A stretch of DNA of 64,000 nt, from the NCBI GenBank assembly GCA_050250895.1, contig JBFWNU010000001.1, positions 320,001 through 384,000 on the forward strand. Reading direction: 5' to 3'. Below, one piece after another: positions 28,274 to 37,626 of the stretch; positions within the stretch are counted from its first letter, which is position 1, and each line of letters opens with the position of its first letter. This DNA comes from Vulcanimicrobiota bacterium (lineage in GTDB: Bacteria; Vulcanimicrobiota; Xenobia; Xenobiales; JADMJV01). A model generated the notes under the pieces. That model worked only from the letters and a program-made list of their open reading frames with translations. It was not told the DNA's origin and ran no database searches. The translations under genes were made by a program, and so were the position numbers.

Positions 28274-30217
28274 CTACTCCTCCTGTGAATCGACCGGCCG
28301 GCGTAGCGGCAAAAGCGGTAAATTGGCCAGGTTAGCTACCGGATCTTCCAGGTCGGGGCGATGGCCAGCCACCAGCTGGCGGTGCTCTTCGGCCTCGTCG
28401 CCCTCGAGCAGGCTGGCCAGCAAGGCCCGATAACGCAGATTGCCGGGCCGCCCCTCGACGGCCCGGCGGGCAGCAGCCAGAGCCAGTTCGGGTCGCTCGG
28501 TTCGGGCCAGCCGAGCCAACCAGTAGTCGGGCTCGAACCAGCCGTTCTGGGCCACCAGCACCCCGGCCACGATGCTGGCTCGCTCCCAGTCGCCCAGGGC
28601 GGCCACCGCCTGCAGCCGCACCAGTCCCGCCGACGGCGAGGTGTTGGCGGCCAGCCGGGCCAGGGCTTCTTCGGGTTTGCCCTGTTCGATGCGCTCGAGG
28701 GCCTCGTTGACCGGATCAGGCCCCTGATCCAGAAAGCGGGGATAGTCGCCCACGCCGTACAGGCGCGTCAGCCAGCTGGCCACTTCGGTGTCGGGCCCCA
28801 ATTCCAGGGCCACGGCCGCTTCGAGGGTGTAGCCGTCGAACATCAGGGTGTAGCTCTCGGCGGCCCCGATCATCTCGAGATCCGAGCCAGCCGCGAGCAG
28901 CCACGCCGTGGCCTGCTCGGCATAGTTCTCGCCGGGGCCGGCCAGGTAGGCGGCCAACCGGTCCAGGCCGCCGAGGGTCAATGAAACCACCAACTGAAGG
29001 CGTTGAGGCAGATGACGGCGGGCGCGGCTCAGAACGCGAAAAAACAGGCGCCGCGCCCGCTCGGGCTCGACCACCCTGCCCCATTGCTGGGGAAAGCCCA
29101 GGCCGGCGGCCACTTGCAGCAAGTCCCGCTCGAGGCTGCCCTGGGGCAGGCTTCGGACCGCCCCGCTCAGGTCGCCCAGGCTCTCGCGACAGGCGGCCAC
29201 CCAGGCCCCCTGAGGCCGCCCGGCCACGGCCTCGAGGGGAGTGTGCACGAAGCGATAGGGGTCAAAACGCCCGGGCGGCCTATCCTCGGCCCGCAGCAAG
29301 ACCCCGAGTCCCGGCTGCCAGCAAGGAAAGGCCGACCCAGGAGCGTGTAGAGCAAAGCCGCCAGGGCGGCGACAATAAACATAGGACCGCCCCTCAGGAT
29401 GGCGGGGCAGATGGCTCAAATGGCGGGGATAAAGGTCTTCGAGGCGTTCGGGCAGAGTGCCCGAGATGCGCTCGAAGGTACCGATGGCTCCCGCCAACAG
29501 CACCAGATCCATCACCAGGCGATGCTCCCGGCCACGAGCCAGGCGAAGCTCGTCGAGGTTGTGCTCGGCCAGGCGCCTTACGGGAGTTCGGGTCTGGGCC
29601 AGCCGCTCCCAGGCCAGGTTGGCCCGGGTCCAATCGCCCAGCAAGGCGTGGCAGATGGCCTTGAGGTTGACCGAGTCAGGGTGGCTGGTAAACTCCTCGA
29701 GCAGGTCGGCGGCCTGCTGCCAGCGGTTGCAAAGCAACTCCTGGACGGCCTCGAGATAGCTCCGCAAGGCTCCGGGCGGCAACAGCTCGAGATAGTTAGC
29801 CCAGCTGTTCCAGTGCTCGAGCAGGCTCTGCATGGTCGTGGGCTCGTCGCCCTCGGGCACCCGAAAGCGCAACAGCCCGGCGGCGCAATCGAGGGCCACC
29901 GTATCCCAGTTTCGGGGTGGGGCGGCCAGGCACACCAGCCGACCGGGACCGCCCAGGGGGTTTGCCTCATCACGATGGCGAGCCGATTGGGCTGAAAACG
30001 GCCGGTCGATGGCCACCACCGGGCGATAGACCACGTCGTGGTCGAGCAACTCCAGGCCCTCAGCCAGGTGGGGGTCGAGCCTGGCCGGCGGTCCTTCGGG
30101 CCTGGGCCCCCAGCCCCAGGCGGCCGCCGCCGCTCTCACACAGGCGTCACAGATGGCCTGGCCCCGGCCCAGCTTGTAAGCCCCCGGACCGGTGGCGTGG
30201 CAAATAGCGCAGGTCAT
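28274..30217 (-). CDS. TPR-like protein with N-terminal C4 zinc finger
   Basis: CAIC...ICDAC and helical repeats; ATG overlaps the upstream stop. Confidence 0.65.
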   Translation of the reverse strand: MTCAICHATGPGAYKLGRGQAICDACVRAAAAAWGWGPRPEGPPARLDPHLAEGLELLDHDVVYRPVVAIDRPFSAQSARHRDEANPLGGPGRLVCLAAPPRNWDTVALDCAAGLLRFRVPEGDEPTTMQSLLEHWNSWANYLELLPPGALRSYLEAVQELLCNRWQQAADLLEEFTSHPDSVNLKAICHALLGDWTRANLAWERLAQTRTPVRRLAEHNLDELRLARGREHRLVMDLVLLAGAIGTFERISGTLPERLEDLYPRHLSHLPRHPEGRSYVYCRRPGGFALHAPGSAFPCWQPGLGVLLRAEDRPPGRFDPYRFVHTPLEAVAGRPQGAWVAACRESLGDLSGAVRSLPQGSLERDLLQVAAGLGFPQQWGRVVEPERARRLFFRVLSRARRHLPQRLQLVVSLTLGGLDRLAAYLAGPGENYAEQATAWLLAAGSDLEMIGAAESYTLMFDGYTLEAAVALELGPDTEVASWLTRLYGVGDYPRFLDQGPDPVNEALERIEQGKPEEALARLAANTSPSAGLVRLQAVAALGDWERASIVAGVLVAQNGWFEPDYWLARLARTERPELALAAARRAVEGRPGNLRYRALLASLLEGDEAEEHRQLVAGHRPDLEDPVANLANLPLLPLRRPVDSQEE

Positions 30218-32067
30218 AGAAACCACCTGCCGACCAATGCCGGGTCGAGGGGGTCGGGGCGTTCGAGCACCTCTTGATGACCCGCCCCCAGCAGAGCCAG
30301 CAGGCGCCGCTGGCGGGGCCGCTGCTCGAGACCCTGGCGACAAACCCGGGCCGCTTCTTCGGGCTTGCCCAGGGCCAGCCAGACCCGGGCCTCGGTCACG
30401 CTCAAGGCTGGCCAAACGGGCACGCCCTCGCGAATCTCCTCGACGCGCTGGAGGGCCTTCTCGTGGTGGCCCAGGGCCAGGCGCGCACGCACCTCGAGCA
30501 AAGGAGCCAGCCCGTACTCGCCCAGCAGCTTCAGGCCGTCGAGCACGAATTGGGGGTTGGTGGTCAGCAGCTTCTCGAAGATGGCGGCCTGCTCGCCCAG
30601 CGTGAGTGAAGAGGCCGGGTCGGCGAGGTATTCGGCCACCTTCTCGGGCGAGCCGAAATCGAGGAGATGGCGAGCCATCTCGGTGCGGTGGGCGCCAAAC
30701 TGCTGGCCCCCGTGGGCCCAGGACCGCTCGAGCATGGTCGCGGCCCAGTCGGCTTGCCCCAGGCGCCGATAGACCCGGGCCAGGCCAACCAGGCTGCGCG
30801 AGCGCTCGTCGGGGGGATGGCAGCACAGGGCAAAACCCACCGCCGCCGCTTCGAGATTCTCATCGAGCAAATACTCGCCGGCCTGGCCATAGGGGTCCTC
30901 GCGCAGCAGTCGGCACTCGCCCTTCGACAACCGATACAGGGTGCGACCCAAAGCCTTGAGGCGCGGCTGCTCACTGGACTCGAGCAGGCGAGCGGCCGGA
31001 CCCACCCAGCCCACTTGAAAAAGCACCGAAAAGAGCCGCTCGCGCAGCATCCGGGCCAGCTCGCTCTGGCCGTGATAGGCCATGGCCTTGTCCAGGCGCT
31101 CGAGGGCCAGCCGGCATGGCACCTGCAATCGCCAGGGGTCATCGAGCAACAACATGGCTCGCTGCACCTGGTCGGCGCGCAACATCAGCAAAAGACGATG
31201 CAGGCGAGCCTTCTGGCTGGCCTGGTCGAGCACCTCGATGGCTCCCCTAAAGTCGCCCTCGACCTCGCGCAACACCGACAGCCAGAGGGGGTCGCGAGCG
31301 GTGCCAGCCATGGCTTCGGCCGGGCTGCGGGCCCCGACCCTGGGCCGGCCGCGAACCTGACGTTCGGCCGGGTGATAGATCACTCCCAGCTGCGGATCAT
31401 AGATCGGCTGGGGACGCTCAAGAGTGAGCCCATTGAGCAGCCGCTGGCTATCGAAGAAGTCGAGCGGCTCGAGCAACTCGCGAGCCTCCTCCCACTGGCG
31501 CAGGGCCAGGTGAATCCGGGCCCGGTTGTAGCGGGCGCCGTCAAGGTCAGCCAGGCCCAGCAGGCGCAGGGCGCTGTCCCAATCTCCGTGGCCCACCATC
31601 AACACTCCCAGCAGATTGTACAGATGAGGCGCCAGATCGGTCCAACTGAAGAGACCCTCGACGGTCACGGCCACCAGCTGGCGGCGGCCGGCCTGGTAGT
31701 GCGCCAGCGCTCGTAGATAGGTCTTGAGCCCCGGCTCTTGATAGTAATCGCGCAGCCACTCCAGGCTCGCCTCCTCTGACATCGGACTGGGAAAGCCCAG
31801 GCAAAGGGGGCCGGCCGTGGTCGAGACCTTGAGATACTTCCAGCCGTAAATGAAGTCGTCGCCGACCCAGCCCTGCAAGGAACCTGGTCGGGTGGGGCGG
31901 GCCCGGGTGAGGGTCTCGAGTCGATAGCCGAGAGCCTGAAAAGGCGAATCTTTGAAGTGAGGCGCCAGCTGCTCCTGAGCGCTCAGCGGATCCCAGCCCA
32001 GGTCATAGGCGAATTCGAGCACCTGCTCGCGGGTCAGCTCGACTCCATCGCCATCTAGAGTTGCCAC
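30214..32067 (-). CDS. TPR-like protein
   Basis: TPR-like helices (YNLLGV, YNRARIHLAL, EARVWLALGKPEEA). Confidence 0.65.
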   Translation of the reverse strand: MATLDGDGVELTREQVLEFAYDLGWDPLSAQEQLAPHFKDSPFQALGYRLETLTRARPTRPGSLQGWVGDDFIYGWKYLKVSTTAGPLCLGFPSPMSEEASLEWLRDYYQEPGLKTYLRALAHYQAGRRQLVAVTVEGLFSWTDLAPHLYNLLGVLMVGHGDWDSALRLLGLADLDGARYNRARIHLALRQWEEARELLEPLDFFDSQRLLNGLTLERPQPIYDPQLGVIYHPAERQVRGRPRVGARSPAEAMAGTARDPLWLSVLREVEGDFRGAIEVLDQASQKARLHRLLLMLRADQVQRAMLLLDDPWRLQVPCRLALERLDKAMAYHGQSELARMLRERLFSVLFQVGWVGPAARLLESSEQPRLKALGRTLYRLSKGECRLLREDPYGQAGEYLLDENLEAAAVGFALCCHPPDERSRSLVGLARVYRRLGQADWAATMLERSWAHGGQQFGAHRTEMARHLLDFGSPEKVAEYLADPASSLTLGEQAAIFEKLLTTNPQFVLDGLKLLGEYGLAPLLEVRARLALGHHEKALQRVEEIREGVPVWPALSVTEARVWLALGKPEEAARVCRQGLEQRPRQRRLLALLGAGHQEVLERPDPLDPALVGRWFL

Positions 32068-32160
32068 CTGGGATAAATACGTCTTTCGGCCGTAGTTTCC
32101 CCCACCCCAGGACCGGGACTTGCAAAAAGATTTCCCCCTCCAAACGGCGAAACGGCGGGG

Positions 32161-33216
32161 ATGACACGAGTTTATGAAGGTAGCGACCGGGTCGAATTGT
32201 GGGACAAGCTGGGCCGCCCGTTCCGGATGGGAGCCCTGGTCCAGGGCGACCGCGACCGCGTGGCCGACTTGATCGCCACCGGTTCAAGCGAGGCGGCGGG
32301 CTTCGCCGGCTACTTGCTGGCCGGTCACGCCGGCATGCTGGCCACCGGGCTGGAGTGGAGCACCCTCTGGATCGACCACTTTCCCACCCATCCCCAGTTC
32401 CACCAGCAGGCCTATCAGGCCCTGGAACAGGTCACCAGCGCTCTGTCGGGCCCCGAGGCCGAGGCGGGCCGGATGGTGTTGGCCCATTTACGCCCCGACG
32501 CCGTCGATGCCGACGGCTTCATGGCCAAAGTCCAAGCTTTGGGAGGCCCTCTTATGGAGGCCCTGACTCAGGGCGACTACGCCGCCGCCGGCCCACTCTG
32601 GCAAGACTATTACGCCCTGGCCGCCGCCTTTCACGATCGGCTGTTCGAGTTCTGTTGGGCCTACGCCAGCGCGGTGCTTAAAGAGCTGGGACAGGCTCGA
32701 GCCGAACAGGCGTTGTCTGAAACTCTGCGCTCGTGCAGCTTCTATGAGGGGGCCTGGGCCGGCGGCATGATCTTAGACACGGGCGAGATGGCGGCCGTGT
32801 TAGCCGAGCACCTGCGAGCCCACTTTAGCGGCCCCGACCGGGCCGGCCAGGCAACCGTTCGCGAAGAGGCCGATTTCTTTGTGATCGAGTTGGCCCCTTG
32901 CGGCAGCGGTCAGGCGATGCGGGCGGGTGAAGCCGGTCAACGCCTTGAGTTCGGCTCTTTTTCCGAGGCCAGCCCTATGACCTGGAGTCGGTCCGGCGTG
33001 CCGGCCTATTGCGCTCATTGCGCCGTCAACGAACTGGAGTCGGTGCGACGGCTTGGCTATCCCCGTTGGGTCACCGAGTTCGACCCCGATCCCAGCCGCC
33101 CATGCGCCTGGAAGCTTTACAAGGACCCGGCCCGCATCCCCCAGCACTATTTCGACCGCCTCGGGGTCGAGCGCGACCCGTCACGCTTCGTCTCGCTGCC
33201 GATTCGCCAGGACTGA
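32161..33216 (+). CDS. Hypothetical protein with PCGSG...YCAHC metal-binding motif
   Basis: Cys motifs reminiscent of V4R/ATC-hydrolase-like folds (inference). Confidence 0.7.
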   Translation: MTRVYEGSDRVELWDKLGRPFRMGALVQGDRDRVADLIATGSSEAAGFAGYLLAGHAGMLATGLEWSTLWIDHFPTHPQFHQQAYQALEQVTSALSGPEAEAGRMVLAHLRPDAVDADGFMAKVQALGGPLMEALTQGDYAAAGPLWQDYYALAAAFHDRLFEFCWAYASAVLKELGQARAEQALSETLRSCSFYEGAWAGGMILDTGEMAAVLAEHLRAHFSGPDRAGQATVREEADFFVIELAPCGSGQAMRAGEAGQRLEFGSFSEASPMTWSRSGVPAYCAHCAVNELESVRRLGYPRWVTEFDPDPSRPCAWKLYKDPARIPQHYFDRLGVERDPSRFVSLPIRQD

Positions 33217-33220
33217 TCTC

Positions 33221-35599
33221 GTGGAAAAGCTCAAACTTGCCCTGCCCCTACTGCTGCCCGAAATGGAGGGCGAAGATTGCTGCGCCCACCTGCTTACTGA
33301 ACGCCTGCAGAGAACTCGTGGCATCGACCAGGCCCATGTAGTGCGCCAGGATGGGCAGGCTCAACTCTGTTTGCATTACGATCCCAACCTGGTCTCGCTG
33401 CACCGAGTCCAGCGGCTGGCGGAAGCCAGTGGGGCCGAGGTCACCGACCGTTATCGCCACGAGCAGATCCCTTTCGCGGGCCTCGACGCGGCCGATACGG
33501 CCTCGGGCCTCGAACACGAGCTAAGCCATCTGCCCGGAATGCTGCACGCCAGCGTCAGCTATGCGGCCGGGTTAGTGCTGGTTGCCTACGACAGCCGGCA
33601 ACTCGACCGCTCGGCCATCGAGCAAGCCATGCATCGGTGGCGCACCCACCCCGCCGAGGGGCACCACGAGCATGACCACGCTCACGATGACCACCACGGT
33701 CACGCCCACGCCCCGGCCTTTCTCCCTCACTGGATGCAAGAGCGCTGGGCCCTGCTGCTGGTGGCCCTGGCCGCGTTCTTTCTGGCGGTTGGGTTTGGGG
33801 GCGAGCGTTTTTTTGAACTCGACCCCCGGGCGGCCATGGTCTGCTATCTGTTGGCCTATCTGGCCGGCGGCTACGACGTGGCCAGCCACGCTCTGCCAGG
33901 TCTGGTGCGAGGCAAGTTCGATACCGACGTGCTGATGCTGGCTGCCGCTCTGGGAGCGGCCATCTTGAACCAATGGCCCGAGGGGGCTTTTCTGCTGGTG
34001 CTGTTCGGACTGGGCCATGTGGGCGAGCACTATGCCCTGGACCGGGCCCGCGACGCCGTGAACGCCCTGGGCGAACTGATGCCTGGCACGGCTCATCGTC
34101 GCCAGGGGGACGAGTTGGAAGAGGTCTCGGTCGAGGCCTTGCAACTCGGCGATGTGGTGGTGGTGCGGCCGGGTGACCGGATGCCGGTCGACGGTCAGGT
34201 CGTCAAGGGCGAGGGGGCCGTCGACCAGGCCCCGGTGACGGGCGAGAGCCTACCCGTCGAGAAGCGCCCCGGAGACGAGGTCTTCGCTGGCACCATCAAC
34301 CAGAACGCCTCGCTTGAGGTGCGGGTGACCCGACTGGCTGCCGACAATACCCTGAGCCGGGTGATGCAGATCGTCCAAGAGGCCCAGAGCCAACAGAGCC
34401 CGACCCAGCAATTCACCCAGCGCTTCACTAGCCGTTTCGTGCCGGCCGTATTGCTCTTCACCGTGCTGGTGGCGGTGGTGCCCCCGCTGGTCGACTGGCT
34501 GGACTGGTCGACCAGCTTCTATCGAGCCATGCTCTTGCTGGTGGCAGCCTCGCCCTGCGCCCTGGCCATCGGCACCCCGGCGGCCGTGTTGGCCGGCATC
34601 GGGCAGGCGGCCCGCGGGGGGGTGCTCATCAAGGGCGGCTTGCACTTAGAGAACCTCGGTCGCCTGCGGGTGATGGCCTTCGACAAGACCGGCACCCTCA
34701 CCGAAGGCCGCTTCGAGTTGACCGAGATCGTGCTGGCCGAGGCCGAATCCGAAGACCAACTGCTGGCCACGGCGGCCGCCGTCGAGCAACATTCCAACCA
34801 TCCGCTGGCCCAGGCGGTGACCCGCGCGGCCAAGGAACGAGAACTCGAGTTGCCCTCGGCCGAAGGCCTCGAGAACGTGGCCGGCCGGGGAGTACGAAGT
34901 CACATCGACGGCCAGCCCATCACACTGGGCTCGCTAAAATTCTTCGAAGACCCCCCGCCCCAGCTCATCGAGGCGGTCACCCGCCTGGAAAAGAGCGGGC
35001 GCACCACCATCGTGGTGCGTCAGGCCGACCGTTTCCTGGGGGTGCTGGGTCTGGCCGACCGTCCCCGCCCGGGGGTGGCCAGAACCTTGCAAGAGTTGAC
35101 CCGCCTGGGCGTGCAAAGGCTGGTGATGCTGACCGGTGACAATGAAGTCGTGGCTCGCCAGATCGGGCACGAACTCGGCGTCACCGACATACGCGCCGGG
35201 CTCTTGCCCGAAGACAAGCTGGCCGCCATTCGGCAACTCGAAAGCGAGCATGGGCCCATTGCCATGGCCGGCGATGGGGTCAACGACGCCCCGGCCCTGG
35301 CCACGGCCACGGTCGGCATCGCCATGGGCGGAGCCGGCACGGCCGTGGCCCTCGAGACGGCCGACGTGGCCCTGATGGCCGATGATCTCGGCAAGCTGCC
35401 TTTCGCGGTCGGTTTGAGCCGGGCCAGCCAGGCCATCATCCGCCAGAATCTGTTCATCGCCCTGAGCGTGATCACGGTGTTGATCCTGACCTCGGTGTTG
35501 GGGCTCGTGCAGTTGTCGTGGGCGGTGGTCTTTCACGAAGGCAGCACCATTCTGGTGGTGCTCAACGCCCTGCGGCTGCTGGCCTATGGCCGAGAGTAG
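33221..35599 (+). CDS. Heavy-metal P1B-4 type ATPase
   Basis: TGES, SPC, DKTGT, HP, GDGVND, HEGST; His-rich linker. Confidence 0.95.
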   Translation: MEKLKLALPLLLPEMEGEDCCAHLLTERLQRTRGIDQAHVVRQDGQAQLCLHYDPNLVSLHRVQRLAEASGAEVTDRYRHEQIPFAGLDAADTASGLEHELSHLPGMLHASVSYAAGLVLVAYDSRQLDRSAIEQAMHRWRTHPAEGHHEHDHAHDDHHGHAHAPAFLPHWMQERWALLLVALAAFFLAVGFGGERFFELDPRAAMVCYLLAYLAGGYDVASHALPGLVRGKFDTDVLMLAAALGAAILNQWPEGAFLLVLFGLGHVGEHYALDRARDAVNALGELMPGTAHRRQGDELEEVSVEALQLGDVVVVRPGDRMPVDGQVVKGEGAVDQAPVTGESLPVEKRPGDEVFAGTINQNASLEVRVTRLAADNTLSRVMQIVQEAQSQQSPTQQFTQRFTSRFVPAVLLFTVLVAVVPPLVDWLDWSTSFYRAMLLLVAASPCALAIGTPAAVLAGIGQAARGGVLIKGGLHLENLGRLRVMAFDKTGTLTEGRFELTEIVLAEAESEDQLLATAAAVEQHSNHPLAQAVTRAAKERELELPSAEGLENVAGRGVRSHIDGQPITLGSLKFFEDPPPQLIEAVTRLEKSGRTTIVVRQADRFLGVLGLADRPRPGVARTLQELTRLGVQRLVMLTGDNEVVARQIGHELGVTDIRAGLLPEDKLAAIRQLESEHGPIAMAGDGVNDAPALATATVGIAMGGAGTAVALETADVALMADDLGKLPFAVGLSRASQAIIRQNLFIALSVITVLILTSVLGLVQLSWAVVFHEGSTILVVLNALRLLAYGRE

Positions 35600-35603
35600 C
35601 TGC

Positions 35604-36137
35604 TCAGGTCACGCAGCTGCAGCAAGCGTAAGGCTCGCCGTCGGCCACCATATCGCGGGCAGTGTTGCAATTAGCGGCAAACGGTTCGCCGAACGAGCAG
35701 AACTGGTCGGTCGACAGCGAATCGCCGCTACAATCCATGCCAAATCCATCCTTGATGCCACTCAGGGCACAGACGTTGCCGGCGCAGTTGCCGTTGTCCG
35801 AGCAGGCTGCGCCGCAGGTGACGGCGTTGGAGCAGGCCACGCAGGAAGCGGCTGCGGCCGGCCTGGGACAAGCGATCATCGTCAGTCCGACAGCGGCCGC
35901 AATCCGGAGAAATTGCCGTCGAGGAGCTTGACCCGACTTCACCAGCCCGTGCTCGATCAGGCTTTGAAGACAAGCTGCGAGTCGGGAGTGGTCGGTGCGA
36001 GCCGCCCGGCCCTCGCGCAACGCTTCGAAGACTTCACGCACATCCTTCGACAGGCAGAACACTGCCCTGGTGCGGGGCTCATAAACTAACAATTCGTCAC
36101 CCACCGAGGTGGTGGTCAGACCAGAAACGACACGCAT
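35604..36137 (-). CDS. PqqD/RRE-like domain fused to RR-leader and Cys-rich core
   Basis: VGDELLVYE...VFCLS...VFE...L.EHGLV, then RRQFL..AAAVG...P.PAAAAS, then 12 Cys. Confidence 0.7.
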   Translation of the reverse strand: MRVVSGLTTTSVGDELLVYEPRTRAVFCLSKDVREVFEALREGRAARTDHSRLAACLQSLIEHGLVKSGQAPRRQFLRIAAAVGLTMIACPRPAAAASCVACSNAVTCGAACSDNGNCAGNVCALSGIKDGFGMDCSGDSLSTDQFCSFGEPFAANCNTARDMVADGEPYACCSCVT

Positions 36138-36230
36138 TGCCTCAGCTTCGTGGCTCGCCCCCCGAATCCTCGGGCGAATGTCCGAGCCCGACAAAACGAC
36201 AAAAGTCACAGAGTCAGAACTGACGATCTG

Positions 36231-36239
36231 TGCTATAAT
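36231..36239 (+). promoter_or_regulatory. Extended -10 promoter TGCTATAAT
   Basis: Perfect TGnTATAAT upstream of SD GGAGG and ATG 36270. Confidence 0.65.
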
Positions 36240-36269
36240 CCGTAAGGACTTTGGTAGTGGAGGGTATGT

Positions 36270-36761
36270 ATGCAACCAGTCAACCCCGAGATCCAGGGCA
36301 TCGCACTCGAGCCCGGCGAGCAAGTGATCGTGGTCAACCCCGAGAAGATGGAATAGGCGGCTCAGCGCGCTGGCGGGGCCGGCTGGATTCGCATCGTCGG
36401 CATCCTGGCCGTGGTCAACTCGGTGCTGATCATGACCGGCGCCGACCTGCAGTTCATCTTCGGACTCGGCATCACTTCGATCTTCACGGCCGTAGCCCAG
36501 GTGGCCGAAGCAGGAGCCATCGGCAACGCCATCTCGCTGATTTTCACTCTGGTGGGCTGTGCCGGCGCCTTCTTCTTCGCGCGCTTTGCCGAGCGTGGCT
36601 ACGCCTGGGCCTTTGTGGTGGCCATGGTGCTCTACGCTCTTGACGCCGGCCTATGGATGCTGTTGGGACAGTGGCTCGAAGTGGCCGCCCACGGCTACGC
36701 CCTCTATCGTATGTATCTTGGTCTAGCCGCCAACAAGGAACTCAAAGAGCGTTTTTCTTAG
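36270..36761 (+). pseudogene. Membrane protein gene interrupted by in-frame TAG (36354-36356)
   Basis: SD plus ATG at 36270 is in frame with the 36411 ORF; a single TAG lies between them. Confidence 0.6.
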
Positions 36762-37191
36762 CCTCTAGCAGCTGGGCCAGGCCCGGATCAGGATGAACCT
36801 GGGCCATTTCCCAGGCGCTCTTGAACACCCCGGGTTCTTCAGGGTCCGGGTCCCAGGGGCTCTCGATCATCTCGCCGACGAGTTCGGCCGGCAACCAATC
36901 CAGGACCAGGGGTAGAATCTCTGCCGCCTGGTCCTTGTTTTTCAGACAAGCCTTGATTTCGTTATTGTCTGAAAACGGCAGTTCGAACGGGTCGATATCG
37001 CGGTCGAGCAGGGCTTGCACCATGGCTTTCGTGCCCCGCTCACACACGTACATCAGCAGCGTTGCGTCAGCATAAAGCTGCATCTCGCTCAACTGCCGGG
37101 CGGTCAGAGGCTCGAGCAAAGCCCGAAAGACATCGACATCGCGACCCTCGATGGCCCGCTGCAAATCGAATATCTCGTCGCCAGAGACCAC
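36742..37191 (-). CDS. Ankyrin-like hypothetical protein
   Basis: TLLMYVCERG..AMVQALLD resembles an ankyrin repeat. Confidence 0.6.
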   Translation of the reverse strand: MVSGDEIFDLQRAIEGRDVDVFRALLEPLTARQLSEMQLYADATLLMYVCERGTKAMVQALLDRDIDPFELPFSDNNEIKACLKNKDQAAEILPLVLDWLPAELVGEMIESPWDPDPEEPGVFKSAWEMAQVHPDPGLAQLLEAKKNAL

Positions 37192-37220
37192 GTGTTGGGG
37201 TCTAACGTCTGAAGACTGAA

Positions 37221-37529
37221 CTAGGCAGCAGCCTGGCTGGCCAGCTTGGTGAGAGCCCGCATCGCCACTTTGGCGCGCGGACGAGGAAAGTGCGGGAACT
37301 TCTCCATCACCTGCAAAGCTTGCTCGACAAAATCCTGCTGAAAGCTATCGCCGCGGCCTTGAAGAAAGCGCAACAGATAGGTTCCGGCTTCCGACTGGAC
37401 CTCGGGATTGGCGATCCGCTCTAGTTCGAAAACGGCGCGCTGGGCGATCTGACCAAATGTAGTGCCTGGTGGCGACTCGAAGATACTCTGAATGGTCGGG
37501 GGCAGAGTACCCGTTGCATAGGACTTCAT
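37221..37529 (-). CDS. Hypothetical protein
   Basis: SD GAGGAGG; shared TTCAG promoter. Confidence 0.75.
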   Translation of the reverse strand: MKSYATGTLPPTIQSIFESPPGTTFGQIAQRAVFELERIANPEVQSEAGTYLLRFLQGRGDSFQQDFVEQALQVMEKFPHFPRPRAKVAMRALTKLASQAAA

Positions 37530-37555
37530 GAGGTTCCTCCTCTTTATTTTCTAGT

Positions 37556-37588
37556 AGTTTAGGTCAAGAGGCTGAACAAAATCTGAAA
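37556..37588 (-). promoter_or_regulatory. TTTCAG-N5-GTTCAG-N10-TAAACT promoter
   Basis: Same architecture as the 8.6-14 kb sites. Confidence 0.7.
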
Positions 37589-37626
37589 GCAGGTTCACGA
37601 CCTTTGGGGCGAGAACGGCCGCCCTG

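Noticed and set aside
30218-30826. N-terminal extension of the 850-aa ORF
   Set aside because: Overlaps the upstream TPR gene in another frame and is Arg/Pro-rich; the real start is likely ATG 30217.
37192-37221. Two TTCAG boxes upstream of the ankyrin-like gene
   Set aside because: Period is 7 rather than 11, and there is no TANNNT at N10.
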